A stretch of 64,000 bases of DNA from Trypanosoma brucei (GCA_000002445.1 CP000067.1:1-64000), one strand, 5' to 3'. Shown: positions 12,901 through 25,900, counted from the stretch's first letter. Notes: a model not told the origin generated them from the letters alone. Numbers and translations are program-made.

Positions 12901-13689
12901 AAGAGCAAGGTGTAGCGTTGATTGGATGTAACGGCAGGATGAATCATTTCCTTTAAAGGACAAATGAGCAGATGCGCGTGTGCTGTCCAAACCGGCCAAC
13001 TGTGAATTGCATTTCATTGAGAAATATTTTGTTGATTCAGCAGGCAGAGCGCCTTCTTTTTTCACTTTCATTTTACGCAGACATGACGGTCGATAGAGGT
13101 TAGTACCAGCTGATGCATTTACAACCGTGCACAGTGATAAATGTTAACTGATTATTCCTGTCGTGTGACTCTCGAGACGTTACCAGGTGACCATGGAATT
13201 ATCTTAAAGGTGTTTGGATAGAAGGGCGTCTAATAGGTGCCGGTCTTCTAATACAGCGAAAAGCTTGTAATGCACGCGTATGTTTGGTAAGATGCGAGGA
13301 AGCCATTGATTGTACTGTTGTAGTTAGCTGTTGCGCGCCGGATTGACTGGGTCTGGTTGTAGCACATCTCAGTAATGAAATACAGAAACCTATCATCCAT
13401 CGCAGTGATCGACAAATATGTCTTAATTAAGTTGAATGGCAGGTGGTGTCTATGCATATGTTGGGTTGCTCGACTCCCAGAAACCTGGATTAAAGTAACG
13501 AAAGGTGTTGTCGTTTGTTTTTATCCATGCATTTGTTCAAAATGTCTGTGCATCAATGCGTACTATCATTGTCTTTCAGTATAACCAACCTTTCTATACC
13601 ATCACTAGCAACTCTCTTCCATCCATCATTGCTAAACAAGATAACTTTCTTGATTAATTTCATTCATGATCGCACGCAAATGCCGCCTG

Positions 13690-16565
13690 ACGAAGCACAG
13701 CAAGCTCCACCACCTCCCCAATTACCTTTACGACGCCAACACTTTTCCTGTTGCTGTTAGTGTTACTTCAACTTTATCAAATATGTGTTCTTTTTAACGC
13801 AGATGATGGTGGGAGAGTTACAGTGAAGGCAATATCTCTGTTATACAGTCGAAAATGGAACCTACAAGTTATCAATGACGTGAATGCCGGTTTCAATGCC
13901 TCCCTGGTTGCTCGGAACTGGACGGTGGCACTCGGAGTGAATGTTGAAGTTGCCCGCTCTCCCTCATACGTCATCAATTTGGTCCAGTTTCTGAATGATT
14001 GCCCGAAGGCACTAAATGGCGATGACGCGAACAAGCTGTGCAATACATTAGAAGGGAACCAACTTGTTGGCTTCGGTTCCATGACTGAGTATCAACAGGG
14101 CATGAGGGATATCTGCCGCATCTTTGCTTCCTGCTCCTTGAGGCCACTGGCGAACTTATTACCCCAGTACGTTATGCGGTGAGTCACTTACGTGTGCCAA
14201 AGCAGGGTTTCATGTATCTTGATGGGCTCCCGGGAGGTAGTGAGGCATATAATCAGGCAGTGGATTTCATATAGCGCATGGGGTACAGTTTCTGTTGTGT
14301 TTTCACGGTGGAAGACAAAGCGGGTGGCCAAGGTGGATCACCTGAGGAATCCGACGCTGTATGGGATGACTTTGCTGGGGGAAATCCGCAGGCTGTGACT
14401 ATGTTTGCCGCCATGAAGCCTGATGCCAAAAAAATTCTCGTGAGGTTGGTGTCTGATCCGCGTACGGAAGATACGTTCGTGCTAACTCCGATCTTATTGC
14501 AGAAATCAATCGTGAGCATCTGGAAGGAGACATTGGAGGAAGCGAATGTTCCGTTTGTTCCCCATCGTGTGATTCAGACGGGGTCAAATCCTCTCGCTGA
14601 GGAAGATTATATCGATGCGGTAAAACGCTTTCAGACTGAAATGAGGAACTATTTGACAGAATACAGGGAGTGGAGTGACTTCAATGATGCGGATCACTTT
14701 CTAAAGAGTGACGCGGATGGGGAGCTGACGATCAATGGCTGGATTACTGGAGAGGTGTTGGCGCGGGCACTGCGTAGTCATGGCTGGATGAAAAATCGCA
14801 CAGCCGTCATTGAGTCGCCGTTACGTGATTGATGGCATCGTGATCGGTGATTTTGGAGGTGAGTGCGATAGCTTTACCACTGCAAATGATGCCACTTGCC
14901 GCTGCAACCGTGGCAGGAAGAACGTCTACATGAGGGAGATTGCTGAAAATTACCGCCTGCAACCGCTTGTTGGCAGGCATATTATGACAACTTCCTTACA
15001 GTGTTATATCGATCCCTCATTCCTATAGACACCACTCATCGGCCTCACCGTTGATATGGAAGATCACGAAGAGCTTCTGAGAGAGGTTCCACACAGTTTG
15101 AAACTGGTGTGTCCACCACGACCTCATCTGGGAAAGCTGGCGAGATGAACAGTTTCTTCCTTCAGAAGGTTGCCACGGATATGCAGAAGGTTTCCGACGG
15201 TCTCAACACATTGTGACGGGAAAGGATAGTCGCTGCTGTGTTCGGCATCGTGACAAAAGCGGTGCTCGGTCTGATATTCATTGACCCTATGACACCAATC
15301 CCCCATCTGAACAGTTTCAGCAGGAATGTGATCCACTTGTCCCTAACAATGGAACAACAGCTATGCATGTTAGCGAGCTCCCTCTCCAGCATTCGTGCTG
15401 ACTTCCACCAATCGCGTTGTAAGGGGCGGTGAGGCGTCCGCTTTCATTGATGCACTAAGAAAGACACTGCTCACATTTGGCTTGAACCTCAGCTCTACCG
15501 TTGTGTTGACTGCAGGGGACTCTGTTGGAGAGTATCTTTCGAAAAGTGGTAGCACTTTTATCATTGGACTTGCTGTTGATGGCATTGTGGCAATTGAAGA
15601 GCATCTACGTATCCGCAACAAGGCGCGCGTATTTGTCCAGTTCTCTGACGTTGCGCTGCTGTACAATGAGTTTGTGCAAGCCTTCGACAATAGCGATGGC
15701 ACCAAGCACCTTTTGCTCGCAACAAGTTTGCTTTGCTACCCAGACATCAACGCGACATCGTAGACTGTGCAACGGTTCCACGAGGCGGTACGTGAGGTGG
15801 AAAAGTGGACGCTGCTGTCGCTACTGGGTTTCGCCACGGGTAGACTAATACAAGAGGATCTGCAAAACATGGAAAGGGTAACGTCCGGCCTGCTGGTCGA
15901 CCTTTTCTTCAACCAAACAGTAATCACCGTTGATGGCATGCATTATATGGGCCGTACAAACATTACGATTGCATAACCAACGTTGTTGTTACCACTGATG
16001 ACTGCGTGACAAACTTCGGTGCTACGGATATAAGTCTGTGTGTGTGTGTGTGTGATCAGTGGCACGTGCGCTACGGTCAGATGCACCAATACTACAGAAT
16101 CCGATGTCGCCGTCGTTGGTGTCCGGTGTCCCCAACGGTAATGCCCTCAACCCCGCACAACTTGCTGGTGTGGTTGGTGACTCTTTATTCGTTGTGGCTC
16201 TCGCAATATGTCTAAGCTTGCTTGCGTGATTCCCTCTCCGCGGCACCCGTGATAACGACAGCGCGCCGAAGGAGCCAACGGACCCTGTGACACTAATATT
16301 TACTGACATTGAGAGCAGCACTGCGTTGTGGGCTGCACACCCTCACCTGATGCCTGATGCCGTTGCGACACATCACCGTCTGAGTCGTTCACTGATTGGG
16401 AGGTATAAGTGCTACGAGGTGAAAACTGTTGGGGATTTGTTCACAATAGTGAGCAAGAGTCCCTTCGCTGCCGTCCACCTCGCACAGAAACTGCAGCTGC
16501 GTTTCTTGCATCATTCTTTCCGAAGGGGCTGCACAATTTCTGACAGCGCCGAATGGACAAATGCA
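13690..16565 (+). pseudogene. GRESAG4: Receptor-type adenylate cyclase (GRESAG4/ESAG4 family) pseudogene: extracellular domain, TM segment and the first ~90 aa of the catalytic domain, with multiple frameshifts
   Basis: Translation of 16240..16540 gives RDNDSAPKEPTDPVTLIFTDIESSTALWAAHPHLMPDAVATHHRLSRSLIGRYKCYEVKTVGDLFTIVSKSPFAAVHLAQKLQLRFLHH. This is the hallmark start of the T. brucei adenylate cyclase catalytic domain (established family knowledge). It is preceded by a hydrophobic TM-like LLVWLVTLYSLWL at about 16150..16215. Upstream ORFs (13751.., 14278.., 14810.., 15395.., 15767..) sit in different frames and read as extracellular-domain pieces. The ORF stops at 16565, so the rest of the catalytic domain is absent. 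Confidence 0.75.
16037..16054. repeat. (TG)9 microsatellite
   Basis: gtgtgtgtgtgtgtgtg read directly; similar short (TG)n runs at 7640..7675 and (AT)n runs at 25070..25090. Confidence 0.9.
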
Positions 16566-18595
16566 TAATATTACGGAGCGCTGCTTACGCACGCAGCTTA
16601 TATAATGTCACATGCGTTGTGATTTGTAGAGGGGAGTGGGCCACCAGAAATTGGGCCATTTAATGTCAATAAGTTTTTACCGCTTGTTGGAGCCGTAATT
16701 CCCCGCACTTAACCTTTTCGAACCGAGGAGTTGGTAAAAGACGGCCAATCAACGGTATTGTCGACACCGTGGCCATCAGTACGGGATTTTACATACGGTA
16801 ACGAAGCGTGGGCATATGTTTTTCTTTAAACGTCATTTTTTAAATTTTTCTGTACATTGTTGCTGCCACTTCTATGAAGTATGGCCAGAATGTCAGAGTA
16901 GTGCATTTGTGTGCAAAACGAAGAAAATAATACTCCCCTTGTTTTTCTTTCCCTCTTGGGTTGTATGAAAAGAGGGGGCTCCTGTTTGTAGGATGACAAG
17001 AGCTGTTTTGTTTCTTTCCTCAAAAAAAATTACATGCTCCATAGTTGCTCCAATATTCCCATCCCTTCATTGGAAAATGACCCGACGGCTCCGTCCATGT
17101 GAGTGAAGCGGTGTCCCTGATATTTGCCCTGATGCTTTTTCTTTTTTCCACCGTGAAACCTGCACTGCACTGCACTTGCGTTCCCTCATCCCCTCTTACA
17201 GTTATCCGTTTCACTTCCCCTGTTGAGGAATGCGTATTTCCAACCGCGCGAGATATCAAACAGTAAATCTGTCGGACAAACAAAAGGCTAAGAAATTCGT
17301 CACATAAACTTATGAGCTTTCACCACTGAGGCACGCACGCTCACCAACACCAACAAAGTCAAGCAAAAGGCGCTGTATATTAATACTCAATGGCGCCATA
17401 ATGTTCCCTTTCGTGTTCCCTTTTCCTTTTTCCTTCCGTTGGGGTTACACAACACTTGTGGGAACCCGCTTCACTTCCTCCTTTTCCAATTATGAAGGTA
17501 ACTGTGTTTTGTTTGCCACACTTCCGCTTGTTATTTCTCCAACTGGTTTCACTCCCAGAAGTCGCGTGTACACCACTTGTGGAGGAAATATTACATTAGG
17601 CAAAACCAACTATGAAAAAAATGGCAATACATTCCAAAATATTCCCTCATCATTGCAGAACTCATGAAAGGAATCATGGTTACTGCCGCCAGGTTAAGCA
17701 AAGACCGAAAGGCTTTTGAAATGTGTTTTCGAATCGAATGCATCACTGGTATTTCTTTAACATGCAAACACAACACAAATCACGGCATGCACAAACACGC
17801 ATTCCGGGCTTCTTATAGAGATATTTCAATACCTGAAAAAGGGACCGGGACGCAAAGCTTGGGAATGGAATTTCCCCGCCCGTTACGCTGATTATCTAAG
17901 ACATTCAATCAACACATTTCCGCCTGTCCACAGTTAATCGGAAACCGTGGTGCCCATATGTCTCCCTAATTACTGTTGTTCCTTCAGTTTTCACAGTAGA
18001 TGTTTCAATTGGTTTCTGCGGCCGAGGTAAATAAAGCGCATGTGTCATATCCGGGAGGTGTTTCCATGTGTCTTCGCTTTCCGTTTTGTCACTGCGTTTG
18101 GGCTCACGCAATGACATTAATTGAAATTTCAGGCCAGTACCATAGATGGGTGGCTCGTGGAGAGAATGAAGATTGGGATTATTCTAACAATTTTGTGGTT
18201 GCGTGTGTCGTGCTTTTGGAAAATATTGCAACCAATGAAAGGGAAGGCAAGTGTCACCTTACTTTCCATGCTGCGACATCAATGCATAAGAATTATATGC
18301 TAGTTGCTCTGCAAGGGAAGGTCGTGAAGGCGAAGGTTAGCTTCCGGTTTAGGGAAGTGCAAAGACTTCCTGATACTACTGTCAGAAACTACTGTTGTTG
18401 CGTGCTTCAGGCACTGGGTCAGTAATTCATAAACACAACAACGAGAATAAAATTAATCCCTTGTGGCTGCTAAGCGTGTAAGCAACTGAAAATAATAAAC
18501 AGTATATTTTTGCCACACTTTATTGATTTCTATATATATACAAAACAACCTCATTACATTTATCATTTCTTTTGTGCCCAAAGACTGCTGAATGA

Positions 18596-20155
18596 ATGTT
18601 AGGATTACTGACCATAACACATTTTGGCATGCACCTCAATTACTTCCTTATAACACTTCCCCCCCCTCGTTTGATTCATCGCTTAGCTCTATTATTAAAA
18701 AAGAAAAAGCATTTCGTCAACACTCAGCACCTCAAGGAATCGGAAATGGGAACTACAATGTCAGGAAACCAAGGAAGAAAGCGACAGTGCAGCTCATCTC
18801 CTGAGCAGTCAGAAGCTTTAAAGGAATCATCAACTACTGGACAAAATAAACTCACCACCGTTACAATCACCGAAGAGACGCGTGACGCCAGTAATGATGA
18901 AACTGTGATATCATTACTGAATGAGCATGAGAAATTGATTAAACAAACGACACGGCTGGAAAGCAGTGTGAAGGCACTTAAATGTTTCATGAGTAATCTC
19001 ACAGCTATGAGTGGCGAAAGGCAAGGTGGTGTGTGTGATGGCACCGAATGCATACATAGAGTAACATTATATAATGCTGCTGATAATGCCTTCAGTGACG
19101 AAGGACTATGTGAAGGTGCTCTTTCCTCACTCTGTGGCCGTATTCAAGCTAAGAAATTAACCATTGCGCTATCAAAGGGTTGGAAATTTAACTCACGACA
19201 AGTCAGTAAGCTAAAGCAGTTAGAAGAGTTACGCATTGAATATCCGCGTGGAAAACTTGTGAATATGATATCTTTGAAGAGACTGCACATGTTGAAAAGG
19301 CTTTGTCTCAGGAGCAACAATATTGACAACAATGACGCCCGTCACTTATTCAATATTGGAACATTGGAAGAGTTGGCTATTACTGACACCATGCAACTGA
19401 CAAATATCAGAGGAATCTCTCGCTTGACTAACCTGATGTGTCTTGATTTAAATTCCACAAACATTGACGACAACTGTGTGAGGAGAATATGTGCATGTGT
19501 TAAACTGTCCAAATTGAGTGTATCCGAATGCAACAATATCACAGACGCGACACCAATTTCACAGCTTGAAGCACTGGAAGAGTTGAATCTAAACAGCTGT
19601 TACCACATAACGAAGGGAATAGGAACACTTGGCATGTTGTTACGATTGCGTATACTTGATTTGAGTGGTGTTCCTGTGGAAGATAATTGTCTGAAGGATT
19701 TGTGTGACTGTGGATCGCTTGAAAGGTTGAACATTTCTTATTGTATTCAGCTGAAAGATATCAATCCACTCTCCAATGCCACTGCTATTGAGGAATTGAA
19801 CCTTAACGGTTGTCGCCGAATCACACGGGGGATAGGCGTTGTGTGGGCATTACCAAAGCTCCGTGTATTGCACATGAAGGATGTGCACCTGAGTGAGCCA
19901 TCTCTCGATTCAGTTGGGACTGGTGGATCACTTGTAAAGGTCAGTCTTGATAACTGCGCAGGCTTTGGTGATATGACACTCTTATCCAGCATTGTTACAC
20001 TCGAGGAGCTGAATATTCAAAAATGTGCTGGCATCATTAGTGATGTGGGTTGCCTTGGTACACTACCATACCTGCGTGTGCTTAACATAAAGGAGGCACA
20101 CATCTTGTCCCTTGACTTTATTGGTATTGGTGCCTCGAAATCCCTTTACAGTTAA
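18596..20155 (+). CDS. LRRP: Leucine-rich repeat protein (ESAG8-like/LRRP family), N-terminal segment. It is probably the 5' part of one gene that continues in 20116..22941.
   Basis: Repeated about 24-aa LRR units with the recurring motif L..LEELNL..C..IT....LS.L. ATG codons occur at 18596, 18629 and 18746. A polypyrimidine tract at 18640..18700 suggests the real start may be the ATG at 18746 (MGTTMSGNQ...). Confidence 0.7.
   Translation: MLGLLTITHFGMHLNYFLITLPPPRLIHRLALLLKKKKHFVNTQHLKESEMGTTMSGNQGRKRQCSSSPEQSEALKESSTTGQNKLTTVTITEETRDASNDETVISLLNEHEKLIKQTTRLESSVKALKCFMSNLTAMSGERQGGVCDGTECIHRVTLYNAADNAFSDEGLCEGALSSLCGRIQAKKLTIALSKGWKFNSRQVSKLKQLEELRIEYPRGKLVNMISLKRLHMLKRLCLRSNNIDNNDARHLFNIGTLEELAITDTMQLTNIRGISRLTNLMCLDLNSTNIDDNCVRRICACVKLSKLSVSECNNITDATPISQLEALEELNLNSCYHITKGIGTLGMLLRLRILDLSGVPVEDNCLKDLCDCGSLERLNISYCIQLKDINPLSNATAIEELNLNGCRRITRGIGVVWALPKLRVLHMKDVHLSEPSLDSVGTGGSLVKVSLDNCAGFGDMTLLSSIVTLEELNIQKCAGIISDVGCLGTLPYLRVLNIKEAHILSLDFIGIGASKSLYS
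18640..18700 (+). promoter_or_regulatory. Polypyrimidine tract plus AG: candidate trans-splice acceptor region for the LRRP gene
   Basis: cttccttataacacttcccccccctcgtttgattc followed by AG dinucleotides, upstream of the ATG at 18746. Trypanosomatid mRNAs are trans-spliced downstream of polyY tracts (established knowledge). This is inference only. Confidence 0.25.
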
Positions 20156-22941
20156 CTCTGGAGAGTATCACGGGACTGAGTAATGTGGAAGCACTCGCCA
20201 ACATTTTAACTCTGGAAAAACTAAGCCTTCACGGCTGCACGGGTATTGACGCAGGAATTGGATGTCTTGGAAGACTGCCACAGCTTAAAATGTTGGACCT
20301 GTCTGGCACAAATACCGACAATGAGTCTCTCAGAAGTTTATGCCTATCGCAGACAATGGTGTCCCTCAACCTTTCCCATTGTTGGAAAATGACAAATGTG
20401 TCCCATATTTCAAGCCTCGAAGCATTGAATGAACTGAATCTGAGCAACTGTTTTGGAATAAATGCAGGATGGGAAGCATTTGAAAAACTTCAGCAGCTAC
20501 ATGTGGCAATCCTCTCGAATACACATATTACTGACAGAGACATATCCCATTTCAGCAAGTGCAAAAACCTTGTTACGCTTGATCTTTCTTTCTGCAATAA
20601 GTTACTTGATGTTACAACTCTCTCTAACATCACCACGCTTGAGGAGTTGAATCTTGATAGTTGTTCAAACATCAGAAAAGGGCTGAGCGTTCTTGGAGAG
20701 TTGCCACGGCTTTGTGTGTTGAACATAAAGGGTGTACAGTTGGAAGATTCAGTTATTGTTTCACTAGGGAATGGTAACTCATTTGTAAAGCTCAGTCTTG
20801 TGAATTGCAAAGGTTTTGGTGATGTCACGCCCCTCTCGAACCTTGTTACACTTGAGGAACTGAATCTCCACTACTGTGACAAATTAACCTCTGGAATGGG
20901 AACGCTGGGCAGGCTACTGCAGCTTCGTGTACTGGATTTGGGACGGACACAAGTTGATAATAATTCCCTTGAGAATATCTGCACAAGCTCAATCCCACTT
21001 GTGTCATTAAATCTTTCGCATTGCAAGAAAATAACATCTATTTCTACAATAGCTTCCCTTACAGCATTGGAGGAACTCAACATTGACAACTGCTGTAATG
21101 TAACATCCGGCTGGAATGTATTTGGTACACTTCACCAACTGCGTGTAGCCACACTGTCGAATACACGCATTAATGATGAAAACATACGACACGTTAGCGA
21201 GTGCAAGTCTTTGAATACACTCAACCTTGCGTTTTGCAAAGATATAACAGACGTCACAGCACTTTCTAAAATTACTATGCTTGAGGAGTTGAACCTTGAT
21301 TGCTGCCCTAACATCAGAAAAGGTATTGAAACTCTTGGAACGCTTCCCAAGGTACGTATCCTAAGCATGAAGGAATGTTACATGGGAGACGGATATGCGC
21401 AACAATGTTCCATCCTTGGGAATAGTAAGTTACTTGTGAAACTGAATCTTGAGAGGTCAATGGGATTCATATCTGTGAAAGCTCTCTCTAACATTGCGAC
21501 ACTGGAGGAGTTGGTACTTGATCATGCACAGGAAGTATGTTGCATACCGTCATTTTCCTGTCTACCGCGTCTTCGAGTGCTGAATCTGAAATATACAGAT
21601 ATTAATGGTGATGTAACTAAAAATATTTCCGAATCAAAATCGCTGCAGTCACTCAACTTATCACATTGCAAATGGGTAACCGATATATCAGTATTATCTT
21701 CCTTACCAACACTGGAGGAACTGAATCTCAACTGCTGCAATGGAATAAAAAAAGGTTGGGAGTCGCTCGGAAAGCTGCCTCTACTACGTGTAGCAATTCT
21801 ATCTGATACCAACATCACCGCTAAAGATATAGCTTGCCTTAGCAGTTGCAAAACACTTGTGAAACTGCAGTTTTTTTGGTGTGAGGAGTTGTCAGATGTT
21901 ACGGTGGTGTATGAGATTCAATCACTGGAGGAACTGATGGTCAGGAGCTGTTCAGACGGCCTCAAGGGACTGAATGCCCTTGGTACACTCCCACGGCTGC
22001 GTTTTTTGCTTCTGCGAAATTTGAAAGGTAGTGATATATCTGTTGAATCTATTGGGACGAGCAAATCTCTCGTGAGGCTTCATATTGAATTTTGCGAGAA
22101 GTTAACAGACGCAACACCCCTCTCCAACATCACGTCCCTTGAGGAATTGTCATTGCGGAAATGCGGTGATAGCCCGGAAGGAGTCGGAACACTTGGGAAA
22201 CTGCCACGGCTTAGATCGCTGGATCTGGATTTATCTGACATTAGCAATAGCGCACTTAATGATATTTTTCTGTCTCGGTCCATTACGTCACTTAACCTAA
22301 CCTCCAGTTGGAAACTAACAGACATATCTCATATATCAAACCTTACGGCACTGGAGGAATTGAATCTGAGCGGATGTTACCTCATAATTTCAGGCTGGGA
22401 AGCACTTAGCGAATTACCACGACTTCGTGTGCTCAACTTGGTATCTGTCAGAGTTACGACGCGTTACGGTGGATATTATATCAGCAGATGCAAATCCCTC
22501 GTCACACTGAATATTCAATTGAGTGATATGACCGATGCTTCATTTCTTGCTAATATCAAAACACTGGAGGAGTTGCATATAGGAGGATGCAAAGAGCTAA
22601 CGCAGGGGTTTAGTGCACTTTTCACTCTTCCGAGGTTACGCATTCTTGACTTGATTTGTTCTTTCATTACAGATGAAGATCTCAGGGAAATTCAACCACC
22701 CCATACCATTGAGGAGCTCAATCTTTCTTATTGCGAAAATATTAATGATATTACACCACTTGGGAGGATAAAATCAATTAAAAAATTGCATCTCCACCGG
22801 AGCTATGAAGAAAGGGGGCCCACACAAGGATTCAGAAGTCTTTTGGAATTGCCATGTCTTTCTTGGGTGGATCTCAAAAATGCTTCTGTCAGTTCTGATA
22901 TCCTGCGTGAACTGGGAAAAAGGAGGGTAAATATCCGTTAA
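20116..22941 (+). CDS. LRRP: Leucine-rich repeat protein, C-terminal about 940 codons. The frame opens at 20116 with no ATG; the track's M at 20185 is a GTG.
   Basis: Same LRR super-repeat as 18596..20155, for example VTPLSNLVTLEELNLHYCDKLTSGMGTLGRLLQLRVLDL repeated about 8 times. The frame-1 ORF overlaps the end of the frame-2 ORF across 20116..20155. Confidence 0.75.
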   Translation, partial: LYWYWCLEIPLQLTLESITGLSNVEALANILTLEKLSLHGCTGIDAGIGCLGRLPQLKMLDLSGTNTDNESLRSLCLSQTMVSLNLSHCWKMTNVSHISSLEALNELNLSNCFGINAGWEAFEKLQQLHVAILSNTHITDRDISHFSKCKNLVTLDLSFCNKLLDVTTLSNITTLEELNLDSCSNIRKGLSVLGELPRLCVLNIKGVQLEDSVIVSLGNGNSFVKLSLVNCKGFGDVTPLSNLVTLEELNLHYCDKLTSGMGTLGRLLQLRVLDLGRTQVDNNSLENICTSSIPLVSLNLSHCKKITSISTIASLTALEELNIDNCCNVTSGWNVFGTLHQLRVATLSNTRINDENIRHVSECKSLNTLNLAFCKDITDVTALSKITMLEELNLDCCPNIRKGIETLGTLPKVRILSMKECYMGDGYAQQCSILGNSKLLVKLNLERSMGFISVKALSNIATLEELVLDHAQEVCCIPSFSCLPRLRVLNLKYTDINGDVTKNISESKSLQSLNLSHCKWVTDISVLSSLPTLEELNLNCCNGIKKGWESLGKLPLLRVAILSDTNITAKDIACLSSCKTLVKLQFFWCEELSDVTVVYEIQSLEELMVRSCSDGLKGLNALGTLPRLRFLLLRNLKGSDISVESIGTSKSLVRLHIEFCEKLTDATPLSNITSLEELSLRKCGDSPEGVGTLGKLPRLRSLDLDLSDISNSALNDIFLSRSITSLNLTSSWKLTDISHISNLTALEELNLSGCYLIISGWEALSELPRLRVLNLVSVRVTTRYGGYYISRCKSLVTLNIQLSDMTDASFLANIKTLEELHIGGCKELTQGFSALFTLPRLRILDLICSFITDEDLREIQPPHTIEELNLSYCENINDITPLGRIKSIKKLHLHRSYEERGPTQGFRSLLELPCLSWVDLKNASVSSDILRELGKRRVNIR

Positions 22942-25900
22942 TATTTGATCCATTGCTTCACTTTGTATAATTTAATAACTTATTGCTGAGAACACGTTAC
23001 TAAATTTAACAGCCAGTTCGAGTGGTTCGCTAACTGTAGGCACCATTATTCGGACAGATACCAGTAACAATTCACATGGATGATATTGTATGTTACACTA
23101 TCTTAAATACGAGAAATACGAGGATTTCATTACAGTTATTTGAGTGCTTCGTATTTTACTAAGTCATACCAATCATATATTGTGAAGAATAAAGAACAGT
23201 TAGGAAGGTGTGTGCGTGTGTGTGTATATGCAAAAGGCTTTTTTCTCAGTGGAAACTTGTATTTTAGTTGCAAGCGTAGTAATTATTATATTACGCTCAT
23301 TTATACTACAGCCATATCAAATAAATATCTCATTTCCTGTATGTTTTTCTGTCTTTACAGCCACATACTCTCACCCAAATATCGAATGAAATATTACCGT
23401 TATTATTATTATTTCTATCGTTCTTATTGTTATTACGTGAAACACAACATTCACATTTAATTTTTACTCATAGCCACACCTGAAAAGTAAAAGCACTCAA
23501 CATTCTGCAGTACTGTATACCTGTCGATGATATGAGGGGGTGAAGTTTATATACCATTAAAGTATAGTGAATATATTTCATTATCCTTATTATTATTTGC
23601 TTTACTGAAAGAAATGACAGAGTTACTTTACAATAAATTATATCAGAGCAGCATCTTGACCACCAAGTTCTTACATGGGAGAGGATAATAAAACACATTA
23701 CGTGTCTCGTGATTCTTTTTTACACTTGCCACTGGTATATATCTATATTCTCAAACAGTGCGATTGAATATTCTCTTTTCATTAAAATATTATATTATAA
23801 CTTGTTGTATTTGTTTGGTTTTGTAATAACATAATTTATTTTATTACATTTCCTTTCAGAATTATTTGGGCCAAATATTTGTGAAGATGTCATACATTCC
23901 GAATACCCTTGCACAGCAAAGGGTTGTGTACCACATTAATTCATTAACATTTGTGCTACATGTGCATGGGAAAGTGTATTAAACATTTCACTGGTTCTGG
24001 GAAATATTATTTTCTTTCTTACAACATGATGCCTCAGAAGAACTGAAGGCGAGAGCAAATCCTTTCATTCATTTTATTTTCCTTTTCTCACCGTATCCGT
24101 ATATGTTTATGACTTTCCAGAAAACACTGCTGAGGTAAATTATGTATTCCTTCATATTTACTTTTTATTTGACAATAACAAGAAAAGGATTTCCTCCTCA
24201 CACACTTAAATTAATTAGACACTGCTGTTAGCTGATAAGTTATGGACAGCCGCACATTTAAGTTATACAAATCCACACCGATTCGAAATAGCAAAATATC
24301 AAATATTATGTATTTATTTGAGGAAAAAAAAAGAGACGAAAAGAAGCGCTGCATCTCAAGGGAGATGCATGTGAAATCGAAGAACAACTGTCATTTGAAT
24401 ATCATATCCCCAAATTGTTTTGATTACATTATTAGCAGTAAATGCTTACGGAACTTGGGAAGTGAATGACTACTGAAATTAAAAGCATGAGGACGCACTG
24501 CGATGGCACATGAGAGAAACATGGGTGGGATTTTTATATATTGGAAAGTGGAGTGGCTTTAAGGTGTTTTACATGATGTTTAGTTGGAGATTGAAATAGT
24601 TCAGGAAATAGTGAAAGACTGTTATGATACAGGAATCTTTTCGTTTACTTATTTCAAGCTCACTCCCGCGACGCACTATTTTCGGTTTGCATTGCAAGAA
24701 GTGGTATGATATATGCAACCGCTTATTTCTTATTTATTTATTTTTGCGAGTTTATATAAGTGTGGTTTGGTGACGTGGAAAATTTTCGCATATGGTTAAT
24801 GTCTTTACGACAAGCAAATGCTCTGCTCGAGCTATGGTATTGGAAGGTTAAATATAAAGTATATGTTTTATGAGTTATCAAATGCTGAATGCTTCAACTG
24901 ACTCGCTCTTTAAACAAAAACACTTTCTCAGCTTTTCCACTCTGAGCTAAAAATGTAGTTTAGTTTCTAAACAGCACGCCACATCTCATTCACCATCGGG
25001 TAAAGAGATATTTGTTGTATGGTCAACACGAAAGTGGAGAAGTGCAGAAAGTAGAAATAAAATAAAGAATATATATATATATATATCGAATTATGTTGGA
25101 ACTGCAGCTATCATTCAACCTAAGAGTAAAAGACACCTTTCCTTCTGTTGTGAGCCGCAACCATGCCGTGACGAAGTTACAAGTGGAAGGAGTTGATTCA
25201 AATCATTCATCACCTAATCTCTGTAATGTGAATATTTTTGTTTAGAGATATTCGTATGTTAATGAGAGACCACTATGCAGAGGGAAGAACAGCCGACGAC
25301 TGCAACCTAAAACCCGTAATATGCGGACTGTTATAAACTTTAATAGTTTCATTTAATTATGTAAAGATGGCATCAGCAGATTACACTTGTAAGCTGTTTG
25401 AAGTCAAAACAACGATAGACGGAAGGGAATGTGCAAGTGGTGATTTAAATTGTATGTTTATGAGAAATTTGTAGTGTGAATCAACTGTTGAAATATGTTG
25501 CGCGGCATTGACAGCAGATGTTTTTTTTTCATATTATTCTCCTTTTCTTTTTTTGCTTGTCTGTCGAACAATCTGAGGTTTAGTTGATATATTCCTGAGT
25601 TTCATCACATGTGTTTCTGTTTATATAATACCAATCGTTACAAACTAAATATCTGCAGTAAGTATATTAAAAACATACGATTTGTCACCACCTCTTGTTT
25701 AATTTCTCTTTATTCAAACGGCACTTTCTTTTAATCTTGTAAATAATGTTTTTATCGTTGTTTCATTTGTTTGCACACTTAATCCTCTGCGCACGCTGTT
25801 GTATTAATTTGCTTCTACACGCTCGCAAAATATATATATATATCATTTTGAAACAAATCGCGGTTGTAACTGATGTTTCTCCGGTTTGCATCGTATTATA

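Noticed and set aside
20185-20187. Start codon M given for ORF 20185..22941 and M at 3073 for ORF 1682..3073
   Set aside because: Both are GTG codons inside continuous open frames. The ORF track uses alternative starts, so these are not real initiation sites.
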